Positions 35,252 through 46,866 of a stretch of 64,000 nt of DNA are shown here, piece after piece (positions within the stretch are counted from its first letter, which is position 1; every line of letters starts with the position of its first letter). Position numbers and translations under genes: made by a program. The notes beneath the pieces are model-generated. The model searched no databases, was not told the DNA's origin, and saw nothing but the letters and a program-made list of their open reading frames with translations. Source of the stretch: Patellaria atrata CBS 101060 (Eukaryota); assembly GCA_010093705.1 (NCBI GenBank), contig MU006104.1, positions 62,001 through 126,000 of the forward strand, written 5' to 3'.

Positions 35252-37129
35252 ATGGAACTACGAGTACATATCTCCGCTTCTTCAAGCCGCAACGATGATG
35301 AACGATACAGAGCACAGGCGATCGCATACCTTAACTTCGAATCAATTAATATCATCCCCTTGACTACGGGAGCTCAAGGATGCAATGACGAGAGTAATAG
35401 AGCCTCGGAAATCGAAACTCGGGAGGAGCACAACTCGACAATAGCGAATCTGGAACCGGACGATAACGCATCCTTCGATCGCTCTTTCTTACCAGCCGAG
35501 ACTCAGTGCTCCTCATTTGCAGGCGCTATAACGAGCACTCCTCAAATTCGGAACCAGGACCCTAGGGATCAAGAATCCAAGGAGGAAGAGTTTGATGATA
35601 CGGAAGAAGATGACAGCGACGATGATATTCCACGTGGCTCCCAGAGTAGCTTAGAAAAGTTTGAAGAAATACAAAAGCACTGGAGAAACAAACAATCACT
35701 TGTTCCTCCGCGAACCCCATACAATGGTCAAACCAAAGGGATATCATCATTCAAGATTGACACCCCGGACTATATAGATGATACCCAGTTAGCTGCTGCA
35801 TTTCTAGAGAGCCAAATCCCGCGATTCACTATATATGAAGATGATTTCGATTCCTCATTCTCTACGGAACCGTCCCCAAAGCGTGTACGTCTGTCAGATG
35901 AGCATTTTCCGGAGAACGAGCACAAACCGAGTCCCCAGCTTGTTTCTATCGCCAAGCCCATTACACCCATACGTAAATTTAGATCGAAGTCTTCAAGCGT
36001 CTTTGTAAAACAAACGTCCGAAAGGAATGCCAAGAAGGCTTCCTCTGGTAGCGTAGATGACTCAGAGCAGCTGGCCATAAAGACCTCCCAACCCTTTATA
36101 TCAACGAGCTCTACAGATTGGGATGTGACCGAATTGGTCGTTGAGAATCCGTCGCAGGAAATCCGTGGTCCCGTTGCTAGCCCGATCGATCAAAACGCGG
36201 AAAAGAAACAATACACGTCGGATGCGAAGCATGCTCCTACTGCAGACGAGCCGGAGGAGGATTACTTGCCATCCAGTAATCCTAGTAAGCGATTGAATAC
36301 GAAACCGGCTCCTAGCGTGGACCAGTCGTCAGAGAGATACTTGCCGTCTAGTAGTCCTGTCAAGTCTTCGTGTAATGGAGAGGGATCGGTCGGAATCAGC
36401 AGTGATGACACCGAGTCTCTATCCGTGAATGTGAGATACTTAGACGTGCGATTACCAATTGGCAGTGAAGTGTCGTTCAAATCATCAAGCTCCGTTGATC
36501 CCTTTACTGCGCAACCTTCTATACCTGTTGTAGAAGTCCCTAATCACGCTACCCTTGATTTCTGGTCGACACTGGTTACACTACCATCGGCTACAGCGAG
36601 GATTGAAGTTGACAGCCGTGAGGTTGATGTAGACGGCAAACCCTTCAGAGTTTCTGTCATTGACTTTAGTCTTCTACCTATCAATATCTGCGGTCCAGCC
36701 CCCGAAACGAGTCTCGAGCCCATGCCTACCAAGCATCAAGTTCCTTCACGTTTTAGAGATGTCATGGCAGCATCCTCCGTTGTACAGAATTATCGCATCA
36801 GACGCCGCATTCGTGATGTTCATCCTTGGGAACGGTGTTACTGGCAGGTCGACACTGCGGACTGGCCGAAGGAGAAACAGCTTGAGTTCTGGGATTATAT
36901 CTATATGGAACTAAAGACTCAAGATGTGGGTTGGGGTCTAGAAGCATGCAGGATACCACCGGAGAACGATTCCAAGAGAGGTTTAGGTATAGTGTGGTTA
37001 CATTGCTGGGGTGACATGGCGATGCCGGTTTGGCTGTGGTTGTTCGTCGGCGGCTATCGGAACTTCAAACGGAGTTGTACGGAGTTGATTTCCGCGAGGG
37101 ATATGAATGTGGTCATTTTTATGGATTGA
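35252..37129 (+). CDS. Fungal hypothetical protein (long S/D/E-rich disordered middle, Trp-rich globular C-terminus)
   Basis: Intact ~625-aa ORF. N-terminal LRVHISA..DDERYRAQAIAYLNF and C-terminal R.VHPWERCYW..FW..GWG..CWG segments look domain-like. Divergent from eIF3d. Confidence 0.75.
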   Translation: MELRVHISASSSRNDDERYRAQAIAYLNFESINIIPLTTGAQGCNDESNRASEIETREEHNSTIANLEPDDNASFDRSFLPAETQCSSFAGAITSTPQIRNQDPRDQESKEEEFDDTEEDDSDDDIPRGSQSSLEKFEEIQKHWRNKQSLVPPRTPYNGQTKGISSFKIDTPDYIDDTQLAAAFLESQIPRFTIYEDDFDSSFSTEPSPKRVRLSDEHFPENEHKPSPQLVSIAKPITPIRKFRSKSSSVFVKQTSERNAKKASSGSVDDSEQLAIKTSQPFISTSSTDWDVTELVVENPSQEIRGPVASPIDQNAEKKQYTSDAKHAPTADEPEEDYLPSSNPSKRLNTKPAPSVDQSSERYLPSSSPVKSSCNGEGSVGISSDDTESLSVNVRYLDVRLPIGSEVSFKSSSSVDPFTAQPSIPVVEVPNHATLDFWSTLVTLPSATARIEVDSREVDVDGKPFRVSVIDFSLLPINICGPAPETSLEPMPTKHQVPSRFRDVMAASSVVQNYRIRRRIRDVHPWERCYWQVDTADWPKEKQLEFWDYIYMELKTQDVGWGLEACRIPPENDSKRGLGIVWLHCWGDMAMPVWLWLFVGGYRNFKRSCTELISARDMNVVIFMD

Positions 37130-40100
37130 TGAGTTGGGCAGCGGGACAATACGGTTAATTTTTACGACTGATGAACCTTGGACAGGGAGATATACCCGGA
37201 TTTTAACATTTTTATAGCTTCCATAATACCACATAGAATATGACTGTATTTTCCGAGAATAAATTATTTCCCCGTCCTTCACGCACAATATGAATTCATA
37301 TATCTTAAATACAGGTGAACCTCAACCTGAGTAACGAAATTCACAAACCACAACTATATCAAGTCTACTCATGCGTGCGTCCCCCTGTCCCTTTCCAAAT
37401 AATCATCTCTTCCCTTGCAACGGTTGGCATTCCTCAGCTACTTCACACTTTTTGTATAGATAGTGACGTACTACAAGATCTTTCTTTTAATGGGATCTTG
37501 GGATCTTGTACAGCTCAGTCAGGACCTTCACTGTGATAAGCGTATAGAGAGCTAGGAGTACCAACAGCACCGAAGGAATATCCCTCTTATTCAAAAATCT
37601 CTCTTTACAAAGCATTCAACGCAGCTAGCACTCTGACTAATACAACTCTCGGTACAAATCAACTCCCTCGTGTACGCATTTCCCGTAGTCACTGGAATCG
37701 GTTTCAATTAGAGGTCTAAACAAAGGTTTGACCGAAGGATGGGGGAAATGCTCCCCCAAATCGAAAAGATCATGGATGAGCTGACACAATCTCTTACGAG
37801 GATCGAAGAGATTCTCAGAAAGTCAACACAGAATGTTCAAAGACTTGAACAAACTTGGGTCCGTCCTGAACAGACAGGAAAGAGAGGATAGCAATAAGGA
37901 GGGAGCAAAAAAAGCTCGATTAAGTTGACTCGCGAGGAGGATTTCAAAACATATTCATTCTGCTATTCCTTTCGTTGAAACGCTTGGTTTACTAGAGATA
38001 AAGAGAAGGATTTGACTGCAATAATCGTTACTCCCTCACTGATGCCCAAATCGGAGAATATTCCGGCACAACAGTATATGATAGTGAGAACACATCTACT
38101 AACCCGCTCGAACTCGACTCGACTGCTCGTCTCCGGGGTTTCTGCGATTCTCTTGTTAACCTTGTTTCGCACAACTATTACTAACTTAATCCCCAGTACG
38201 GGGATAGGGGGGAAAATTCACGGATATGAGTCAGCGGATCGAGCAAATAGTGGATGAGATGTGGCCATCAGTAGAGATCGGAAATAGGGCAAGGGAGTCG
38301 GAGAAGTACGAAGGGTTCAGTAATGTTTTCTTAATCCACTATAGAAATATCGGAAGGAGAATATATGGATCTTTTTTTTTGACAGTCCTAGCTTACCAGA
38401 ATAAAGACGGGTGTATTACTCTTGCTCTTGTTTACTCTCTGGCCAGTCCTACTTGAACAGATTGCATGGTTACTTTCAACTAACACAACTCCCAGCATCT
38501 CGTACCGACTGGGCTCAGGTATGGCATCATGCATACCTTAACTTCCTATCCTGAAATATCGGGACCGCTCTTAGCCACTAGTATTGTCGGCAAATTTTCC
38601 CTTTGAAAATCTACGAAACGAGCATGACCTCTACAGAGGTGGGAAAGGAAAGTGGTATGCTGGATGATGAGCTTGCTGGGAAGGATTGAGGAAATTTGAA
38701 GTAGAAAAAATAGGATGTCCTCAATAGATAAATATCGAATATAAGGTTGACAGGTAATTGACGTTGTTAACTTACCAACATATGGCATGCGATATGACTG
38801 TTGCATGGAATGATTGTTCACTACTCTTGCTTGAACAAAGAAGTTTTATGTTTGTACTTAAATCCAGGGAAGAAGAACATCGCATGCTCTATTACAACAT
38901 TATCTGCATCACCTGCTGCAACATTCTCCACCCGGGGCCATAACCGAATAGTATGTCCCATCCTTGAATTGTATAATACTCCTGAGGCCCTGGGTTCGAG
39001 CCTCCCCAACGGGGGGAACTGTTTTTAATTTTGCAATTTTTTTTATTATCTTACTTTATCTATTCCTTTCTTTCTTTTCCCTTTTTTTTTCTTCTTCTTT
39101 GCACTGCATTTTGACGCTTGGGTGGTTGTGGTTTAAGCAAAGTAACATCTCTCTATCATAACGACCCCCCTCATTTACAACCTTCAATGAACCTAACACT
39201 TATCTAGCACCCTAAGCACTGTACATCTTAATAAATCGGGGATTATGATAAAGACATGAAAATACGAAGGAATGGTTAAGAAGTTAAGGGGCTGACACCA
39301 GGGGTAAGGGGCTTAGGGGGTTGAGATAAGCTAGTGCTTAGAAAAGCAAAATTTGGGAAAATCGCGTGTGGAACAACGTTGAGAAAGATGAGTTAAAATA
39401 GTACGCGAAAGTATCAAACCGTTCTACAATGAAAATGTATTGGAGTGTTGAATAGGGAACATGGCCGAGCTAGGGATTGGGATGTGGGAGAGTTTGTAAC
39501 GTTTTACGTTTCTGAGGTCACTATCTCTTCTATCATAGTAGAACTACTCACTTACTGTGCGATTACTGTGGGAGAGGACATCGGGCGGGACGGGTATAAT
39601 GAGCCAGATTGTATAAGCCGTAAGTTCACCGCGAGAATTAAAAGCTCCGTATTAAGCACACACTCAAACATTGGATATCATACCACGGCTACGAATGAAG
39701 ATTATAACGATATGAAAGCATCAAGGGAATATGACTCGTGACAAGGTAGAAGACGGTACGGATGTTTTGAATCACCCGGAGAAATCGTGTTGTCGGTGGG
39801 TGGGGTGAATACAGGCTTAATCTTTCAAATAAGTATTCGTTGGACTTAGATGCAAACGCCTTGCGTCAAAAAAATAGAGAATTGTTCAATTGGGAGGGAT
39901 GAGAGGAAACTTTTCGTACGCTGCTTCTACTAAAGGGGGCCACTGTGTGTTTCAACCAAGTAAGGGGATGCTGCAATAATACATTTATGATATTAAAAAG
40001 CTAGGAGAAATTAATGAACTGATCTGAATCTTGGAATTCTAGTCTACTAATACGGGTATTTGTCCTAGAACTTTTATGCATAAACTTCCGTTTGCGGGCG

Positions 40101-40163
40101 AGGTATAATATCGAATGACCTTTTATATCCACGCAGAAGATTCACCTTCATAAGGTAATCGAG

Positions 40164-41315
40164 TCAGACCGTTGGTCTAATCATACATTGAATACCCATT
40201 GAGGCTGCTTTCGTCAACACATCCTTTTCTTCATTTGGGTTGAGGAGGCGCCGTGTACCGTCCTTAGAGAGCACAATTCCCTGCACATGAAGACTTACTC
40301 GCGTTTTAGGTGATTTGCTTCTGAACTCTAGTAACACGTCCTTTTCCAACGCCGTCCCCTTTATATACCTCATTCTGTGACATATTGCGAGTTTCAATGC
40401 AGGTCTAGTGACCTGCGGAAATAATTGCCTGCCCATCCACGTTTCGAGGTGCCCTTTCACCAGCAGATTCAATTCCGCTAGTCTACAGCAGTTGCTGATT
40501 GTGTCCATACAGTTCAGGAAAGCTGCCTCCAGGCGGTCTCCTTCCGGCTCTCGAATAATCTCAAACCTTGTGTGAAGACATGAAGCTTCAATAAATGAGG
40601 CTAACAGGTTGTCCATTTCCTTCTGACTCTGCCATAGAGGTATATGAATTGAAAGGTGGCGGATTAGACCACAAGATTCCGCGCCTATGGTTCTCAGGAA
40701 GCATTCCAGTGCGATGAAACTGTGCGGGCCAGAAAACTTAAATTTGTTCTCTCGGTAAAAGACATCTCGTGCTACGCGGTGTTCCTCCCTGGAGATTCTG
40801 AAGAGTTCCACGGGGAACTTGATATGAGATCCTTGGGTGATGAATGACTCGCCTGGTACGTGAGAAGTTGTGTAATGACACTGAAAGCGATCGCACCGTT
40901 GGGAATTTCTCTCTTGCCTTAACGCAAAGTAGTTTCGAGAGACTCTCTCCTTAAGTTGAAGATCCGTATCGTTGGACTCGAACCACATGCGGTGCCAACC
41001 TCTCACGAAAAATGAATTGTAAGTTGCCGACATACCGGGATGATTTTCAGATCTGCCGATATCGATACCACGAAAGAGATCAATCGGTTGACTGCTGACT
41101 AAGAGGTGCTTGTAAATACCTTGTTTCAATTCGACTGGTAAGGAATTCCAACCGATTGCTGGTTTGACAATACTTTTGTCTATTGGTGAGGGCGTTGAAT
41201 AGAAACTGGTTGCTCCATGGGCTTCTTTCTCCTTTGCCACGTCAACAGCATTGCTTGATAGGGATTCTGAGGTTGTAAGTGTCAATTTTGCCATGTTATT
41301 CGTAATCCAGGTCAT
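40164..41315 (-). CDS. F-box-like fungal hypothetical protein
   Basis: Intact 383-aa ORF with IGWNSLPVELKQGIYKHLL and ELFRISREEHRVARDVFYRENKFKF...FLRTIG..IRHLSI. Confidence 0.75.
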   Translation of the reverse strand: MTWITNNMAKLTLTTSESLSSNAVDVAKEKEAHGATSFYSTPSPIDKSIVKPAIGWNSLPVELKQGIYKHLLVSSQPIDLFRGIDIGRSENHPGMSATYNSFFVRGWHRMWFESNDTDLQLKERVSRNYFALRQERNSQRCDRFQCHYTTSHVPGESFITQGSHIKFPVELFRISREEHRVARDVFYRENKFKFSGPHSFIALECFLRTIGAESCGLIRHLSIHIPLWQSQKEMDNLLASFIEASCLHTRFEIIREPEGDRLEAAFLNCMDTISNCCRLAELNLLVKGHLETWMGRQLFPQVTRPALKLAICHRMRYIKGTALEKDVLLEFRSKSPKTRVSLHVQGIVLSKDGTRRLLNPNEEKDVLTKAASMGIQCMIRPTV

Positions 41316-42690
41316 ATCGTTATCCAGATCGTGCCTAGAAACGCTGGGCCTAACCAGATTTCTTGATTAGTTAGTACCTCCAACTTTATGTTGTACACTA
41401 AATAAATATCTCGAAAAGTATTCTGACATGTAGAGCGAAACCATCTTATCGCTTATGATATGTCGTATACTCCCTAGAGCGGAGCGGAGAACAATGTTTG
41501 AAGCAACCGACCAGTAGCCCAGAAGTATCACTAGCGGGGGAAGGAACGACATACCTGGAGAAATCAGGAGCGCTTTTCTGTCGCTTACGTCGTGGAGTTC
41601 GAATTCGGTCGGCCATATTACCCAACCTTGGGCATCAGCAGTTCGCGAGGTGGATAATGACGTCGAAATCTAAGGGGTGTCACATCCGCCTATCGTAATA
41701 TACTTGCAACATCAACGAAATGGCCATACAAGAAAGTTATAAAGGGCGGGAAAACGAGAGAAGGGGAAAGAAGAAGAAGAAGTCAGCTTGTGAGGCAGTA
41801 AGTCTCACGAGTCTTGGGGCATGTGACTTTGAGGAGTCGTTACATTATCTCCACCCACATTCACAACTCATTGGGGTGGCGAAATCATGAGAATCGAAAA
41901 TGGACCAGCTAACAATGTTTTGAACATGAAATGGTGTGTCCCTCAGCTTGCTTCTTTTCTACCATGTCGGTATTCCTTAGTCTTGTACCTTTGCCGAATG
42001 AATTATGGTCAGTCGGTACATCGGAGATATCACGAGGTTCTGCATTGTATTGATGTTTAACCCATTCCTACGGGTGGGCACTTCCGTATATGTTCGGCCT
42101 TTGTATACAGTCACGCCTTGTAAAGTAAGCTCCTAGGGTGAAATCATACCCTCCACCGTCATAGGTTCCGCGCCTGATACACTCACTTTCGAGACGGTCG
42201 CCAACTGCTATGTATAAAGGTTTGAGACCGTATGAATGGCGCCCAAACTGTGCGTAGGCCTTGGTTGGAAAGCCCGTGGAGATTGGCAGATACTACAAGA
42301 TAGACGGTCTACAAGTAGTTGCTCGGCAAGCGCACAGAGGCCGGGAGATAACAACTTTGAGGTCGGGGGATTGAGATGGTCAAGTAACCCGTTTAGAGCA
42401 AGCTTTTCGTACGTTCTCGCCTTTTCTGTACATAGTTGAAGTCCTTTGATGGCGGAGTGTACAGTACAGCATATGAGTGACCCACAACAATGGACGAGAT
42501 CGTTATTGATGTCCCTAGGATTAAATCAGTGATATTATCTATTATAGCAAGTGTGTTCTGAGAGTAGTGTTCACTACGTGTTTAATTTAGAGCTCTCCAA
42601 TCCGCCGAAGCAATCTACAGTGACAAACCCTTGCCCATTCAACCCACCGCTTAAATCCCGCCATATCAATTAATCAGGCTCACCCTTCAA

Positions 42691-43890
42691 TCACCTCTCA
42701 CTTAATAACGATGGGTGCAAGTTTCGAATGCACACTCGAGGACCCATTGACCGGGCGTTCTCTACCACACCATCCGGTGGAGCGTCTGAATGGTCGTGCC
42801 AGCCCCTTTCAACCTGAAGTCTCGCGCGAACATTGGGATTACGAGCCGAGAAGTCGGATCAAAGTTCTTTCTCATACCTGCTACGTTCCAGATAGTAATT
42901 TTTTTTCTTGTAGGATGTCATGTGCTTAACCGTTATGGCTTGCGGTTCAACCCATTGTTGTCGCTTTTCATGCGGCAACAGCAGGTTGACATGGAGGACC
43001 CTGTCGCTGTGGACATCGTCGAAGAGATCAAAAAGTCGCAAGTAGGCACTTGAAAGGGGATCATCGCTCGGATCTACCGCTAGTTTTAACCTCGTCTCGT
43101 AGCACGAAGCTTCAATGTAATTAGTGGCGAGTCTATCCATGTGTATGCCGTCATGCAAGATTGGTGCATGGATCGTTATACGGTGTAGCATTCTGCTCGC
43201 TTTGGATCCAATCGTGGCGGGAAAACATTCAAGAGCTATAATACCATGTTGTCCGGAGAACACAAACTCGTTTTCTCGGTAAAAGACATCTTGAGCAAGG
43301 ACTGAGTCTTCCCCGGACGTACAGAAAAGCTCCACGGGATAGGTTTGGTGTTGTAATATCTGATGTACCTGACTTTATACCAGGAGCTAGTACCAACACC
43401 CTTTGACGAAGATGAAAGGGTGAGTCTTCTCTCACGGTTCCAATTCTTATAGCTCCGCAGCATCCTGTACTCCAGACGTCCAATGTCTCTTCTCACCGCG
43501 TTATCAACTTTATTTCTCGTAGTAGACTCCGCAGCGCCTTGTTGAAGAAGACCGTTGTACTTTTACTCCATTTCCGAATGGTGAAGTCCTGCATATTTGA
43601 TAATCAGCTTAGTACTAACAATTAGTAACCGATATACCTTCTTTTTGAATTCCACGGGTAAGCTCTTCCACCCCACAGTCGAAGTGATATCAGTGTTTTC
43701 GTTCCGCGAGTCGGGAGCGCTGATCGTCTCTCCATAACTATTCGCAACCTTGATTCATACACGAGATATAACCTAAGATAAAACAAAGCGTAAGAATTAC
43801 CTGAAATTCCGCCAGTCCAAGGGACTGATACGTCATGTTTGAGTTCCCTTCGCCGTCGGCGGTCTCAACCGAATCTATCCCGGTCATTGA
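42691..43890 (-). pseudogene. Pseudogenised tandem paralog of the 40164-41315 F-box-like gene
   Basis: VGWKSLPVEFKKKVYRLL, VELF..AQDVFYRENEFVFSGQHGIIALECF.ATIG and a C-terminal ARSMG all align with the intact copy. Premature TAA at 43563-43565, frameshift at ~43340 and premature TGA at 42859-42861. The 5' end is approximate. Confidence 0.8.
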
Positions 43891-44526
43891 AGAAGTAGAG
43901 CTAGTCTCACTCGGTAGTCCCAATCGTAGTCTAGGGAAAGATCTTCACATACCTGTAAACGGGTACCCTCAACCTTCCGCTTCTCTGAAATATGAGAATT
44001 GTTGTAGTCGGCCATCCTGTGCGGTCTCAGTCGGGACGAACGGCGACAAAGTTCTGTACGGTTGAGGGTGGGAGGCGAAGTCAAATTATATTAAGGTTAT
44101 TCGAGAGATATAGAGTAACCGTGCGGAGAGCGTTCCCAATTGGACAGGATCTACTCAATTCTGTTTTGGATGAGAAGGAAACGAAGTCCAAGGAGAAACT
44201 GCGCAAGTTGTCGAGAGAATATGTGCGTGAAGAAGAAGAAACGAGCACGAGAGAACCGGAAGGTCAAACAAGGCTAGATACGAACCTGAAGGAGCTCTAG
44301 AGGAAATGGATGAAGAGGTAATGAAGTAGATTGAAGTAGAAGAGCATTGTAAACGAGGGAACTGTAAATATATATTCTGGCGTGACAAGTTGAGATATCA
44401 GCGCAAACAGGTTATGATCGCCATGTGGGTTCAATTGAACTGTAGAAAAGAGAGACTCCGAGTGATTTTGTTTGAACATGATATTGGCAAGGGGACTCCA
44501 TTCTTACTGTATATGTCCCCAGAGCA

Positions 44527-46500
44527 CTATCTACTCAGAGCAATATCGTCAATCCTCAGCAGCATTTTCACGGTCTCTGCTGCTAACTCTATAGAACTAG
44601 TGCTCACAAGTAAAGGTTGCAGGACGTTCTCCTCAGCAATATTGTTCTTCACGCCTCCACTCTTGATGCTGATGCCTGCATTCTTCTCTCCTAGCGCATG
44701 TCGATGTCTAAGCTCTGTAACGACCTTGATGGAATTAAGTCCCGCGTTCTCCGCCAGTGTGACTGGGATGACCTCAAGAGCGTCTGCAAATGCTTTCCAG
44801 CAGATAGCTTCGGTACCTGTCAATGCACGAGCCTGAGTTGATAATTGATGTGCAACCTCGATTTCCGGTGCACCACCGCCAGCGAGAAGCGCCTTCTTCT
44901 TGACTAGACACCGTATTACGCAATGGGCATCGTGAAGACTTCGCTCTGCTTCATCGAGAATAAGACTATTCGCGCCTCTGCAGACGATTGAGACTGTCTG
45001 TGCTGACGCCTTGACCCCAGTGACCTTCACTATTCTCGCTCCGGAAGTTTGGACTTCTTCGATAAGATCTGCTGCGCCCAGCTTATCTTCTGTGAAGGAC
45101 TCAATGTCTGCGATAGGTTTGCAGCCCGTGCTCTTGCAGATGAACTCAATCTCATCCCGCTCAATGTCTTTTACAGCCAGAATACCAAGCTTGGAAAGGA
45201 AATGAAGGGAAAGGTCGTTCACAGCATCACGTAGAATAGACTTTTGAATGAACAACACATTGCACTTCGCCTTTTTGATCTTCTTCACCATGTTCAAAAG
45301 GTATGTCCGCTCTTCTTTGAGGATTTTGTCCATTTGACGATAATCATTTACGACAATGTTATTTTCCATCTGATGAAAAGTTAGTTTGTCAACTAGATTT
45401 ACGAAAGATCACATACATCGGGCTTTGGTGGACTCAATTGAAACTGAATGAGTCCTATCTTCGCTTTCTCTATTCGCGTTGGTCCACCGGCGCTCTTGAC
45501 TACTTGTTGGTTCAAGACTAGTCCGTCCACCATTTCACTTTCATCAATAGTCCCTCCAGGTTTCTTTAGTATTCTGATATTCTTGAGATCTGCGTTATCA
45601 GCCGTCTTTGGGTCAATAACCTTTAGTACGGAATCTACCGCCATTGGAGCTAGCTTTGGTTCTTGTGAGACGATTTTTGAAGATAATGATGTAGAGGCGG
45701 CTTTGAGGAGGGTAGCACGATCTGATAGAGATATTGGTATAGCCATCTCGTGCAGAATCTGTACCGCAGCGGCAGCAGCCCTTTGGAAAGACTCGGAAAT
45801 TACAGTTGGATGGATGCCTGCAGATTCATTTCGTCAGATATGTGTACAAATACTAGCTTTAGAAATAGACCTTTCTGTAATAACCGTTCTGCGGACCCTA
45901 GCAAGCTTCCCGCTATTACGACTACAGACGTAGTTCCATCACCCGCCTCGATATCTTGAGCATTTGCTAGATCTACGAGCATTTTCGCAGCTGGGTGCAT
46001 GACGCTCATGTCTTTTAACATGGTATTACCATCATTCGTCTGAAAAATGGTTATTACATGAAATCTATAAACGGTCGAAGATCCTGCTTGTGGCTAAGTC
46101 TTACGATTATTGTCTCGCCCTTTCCAGTTTGAATCTTGAAGTATATTAGCACCACACGTCAGAAATACAGGACTCCCACAACATACCATCTTATCCATAC
46201 CCCTTGGCCCCAGAGACTGGAATGTTTGCATCAGTTTGATTTATATAGGTACCTATAGCAAGATAGCTTACAGTCCGTATGGCGTCCGCAACAGCTGTAA
46301 TCAAATTAGTATATTTTCCAGGAACTTCAACGTAGATTACATACCCCTAGCAGCAACAATATTTGCTGTCCGGACAGCTTGAGGCTTTTCTTTATCCTAA
46401 CCCTCTGTAAGTTTCCCCACATAGGCTTCCATATCAGATCTCAACATACTCTGAATGCAGTATTGCTAGCGTTGGTGCTGCCGCCCTGAGCGTTTGCCAT
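44527..46500 (-). CDS. CCT4: T-complex protein 1 subunit delta (CCT chaperonin)
   Basis: [60 protein letters not shown] and [11 protein letters not shown]. Several short 5' exons of 23-53 nt. Confidence 0.95.
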
Positions 46501-46866
46501 TTTTCTAGAAGCTATATGCAAAGCAAGCTACTAAGTTATGGGGGAGTATCGGCGGTTTAAGGGGCGAAGACGTATTATAGATCTAACTTTGATATTGTCT
46601 ATGATTTTTGTAGGGCGACGCGAAGTTTCTAAGGTAAACCGCGACTTCGGCAGCCGGTTTGTGCCACAAGCGCAGTGTAGCTGTTAATTATGACTACTTT
46701 GTGAGCTTCCCTCGCCTTCGTTCGCTATACCTCTTTCCTGCTTCTTACGGCGCCAAATAAACATTTCGGTTCTATATCCTACCAATCAAACTGCTCTCAG
46801 ACACCAGTAGAACTGCGCAACAGGATCTAACCGTGTTCTCATCAACAACTTTCCATCTATTCCACC

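Noticed and set aside
38930..39025. Intact tRNA gene
   Set aside because: GGTTCGAG is present, but the T-stem, acceptor stem and D-arm do not pair.
46640..46720. Rpn4/PACE element in the CCT4-RPT1 bidirectional promoter
   Set aside because: Only a partial GTGGC core (GCCAC at ~46663); too short to support.
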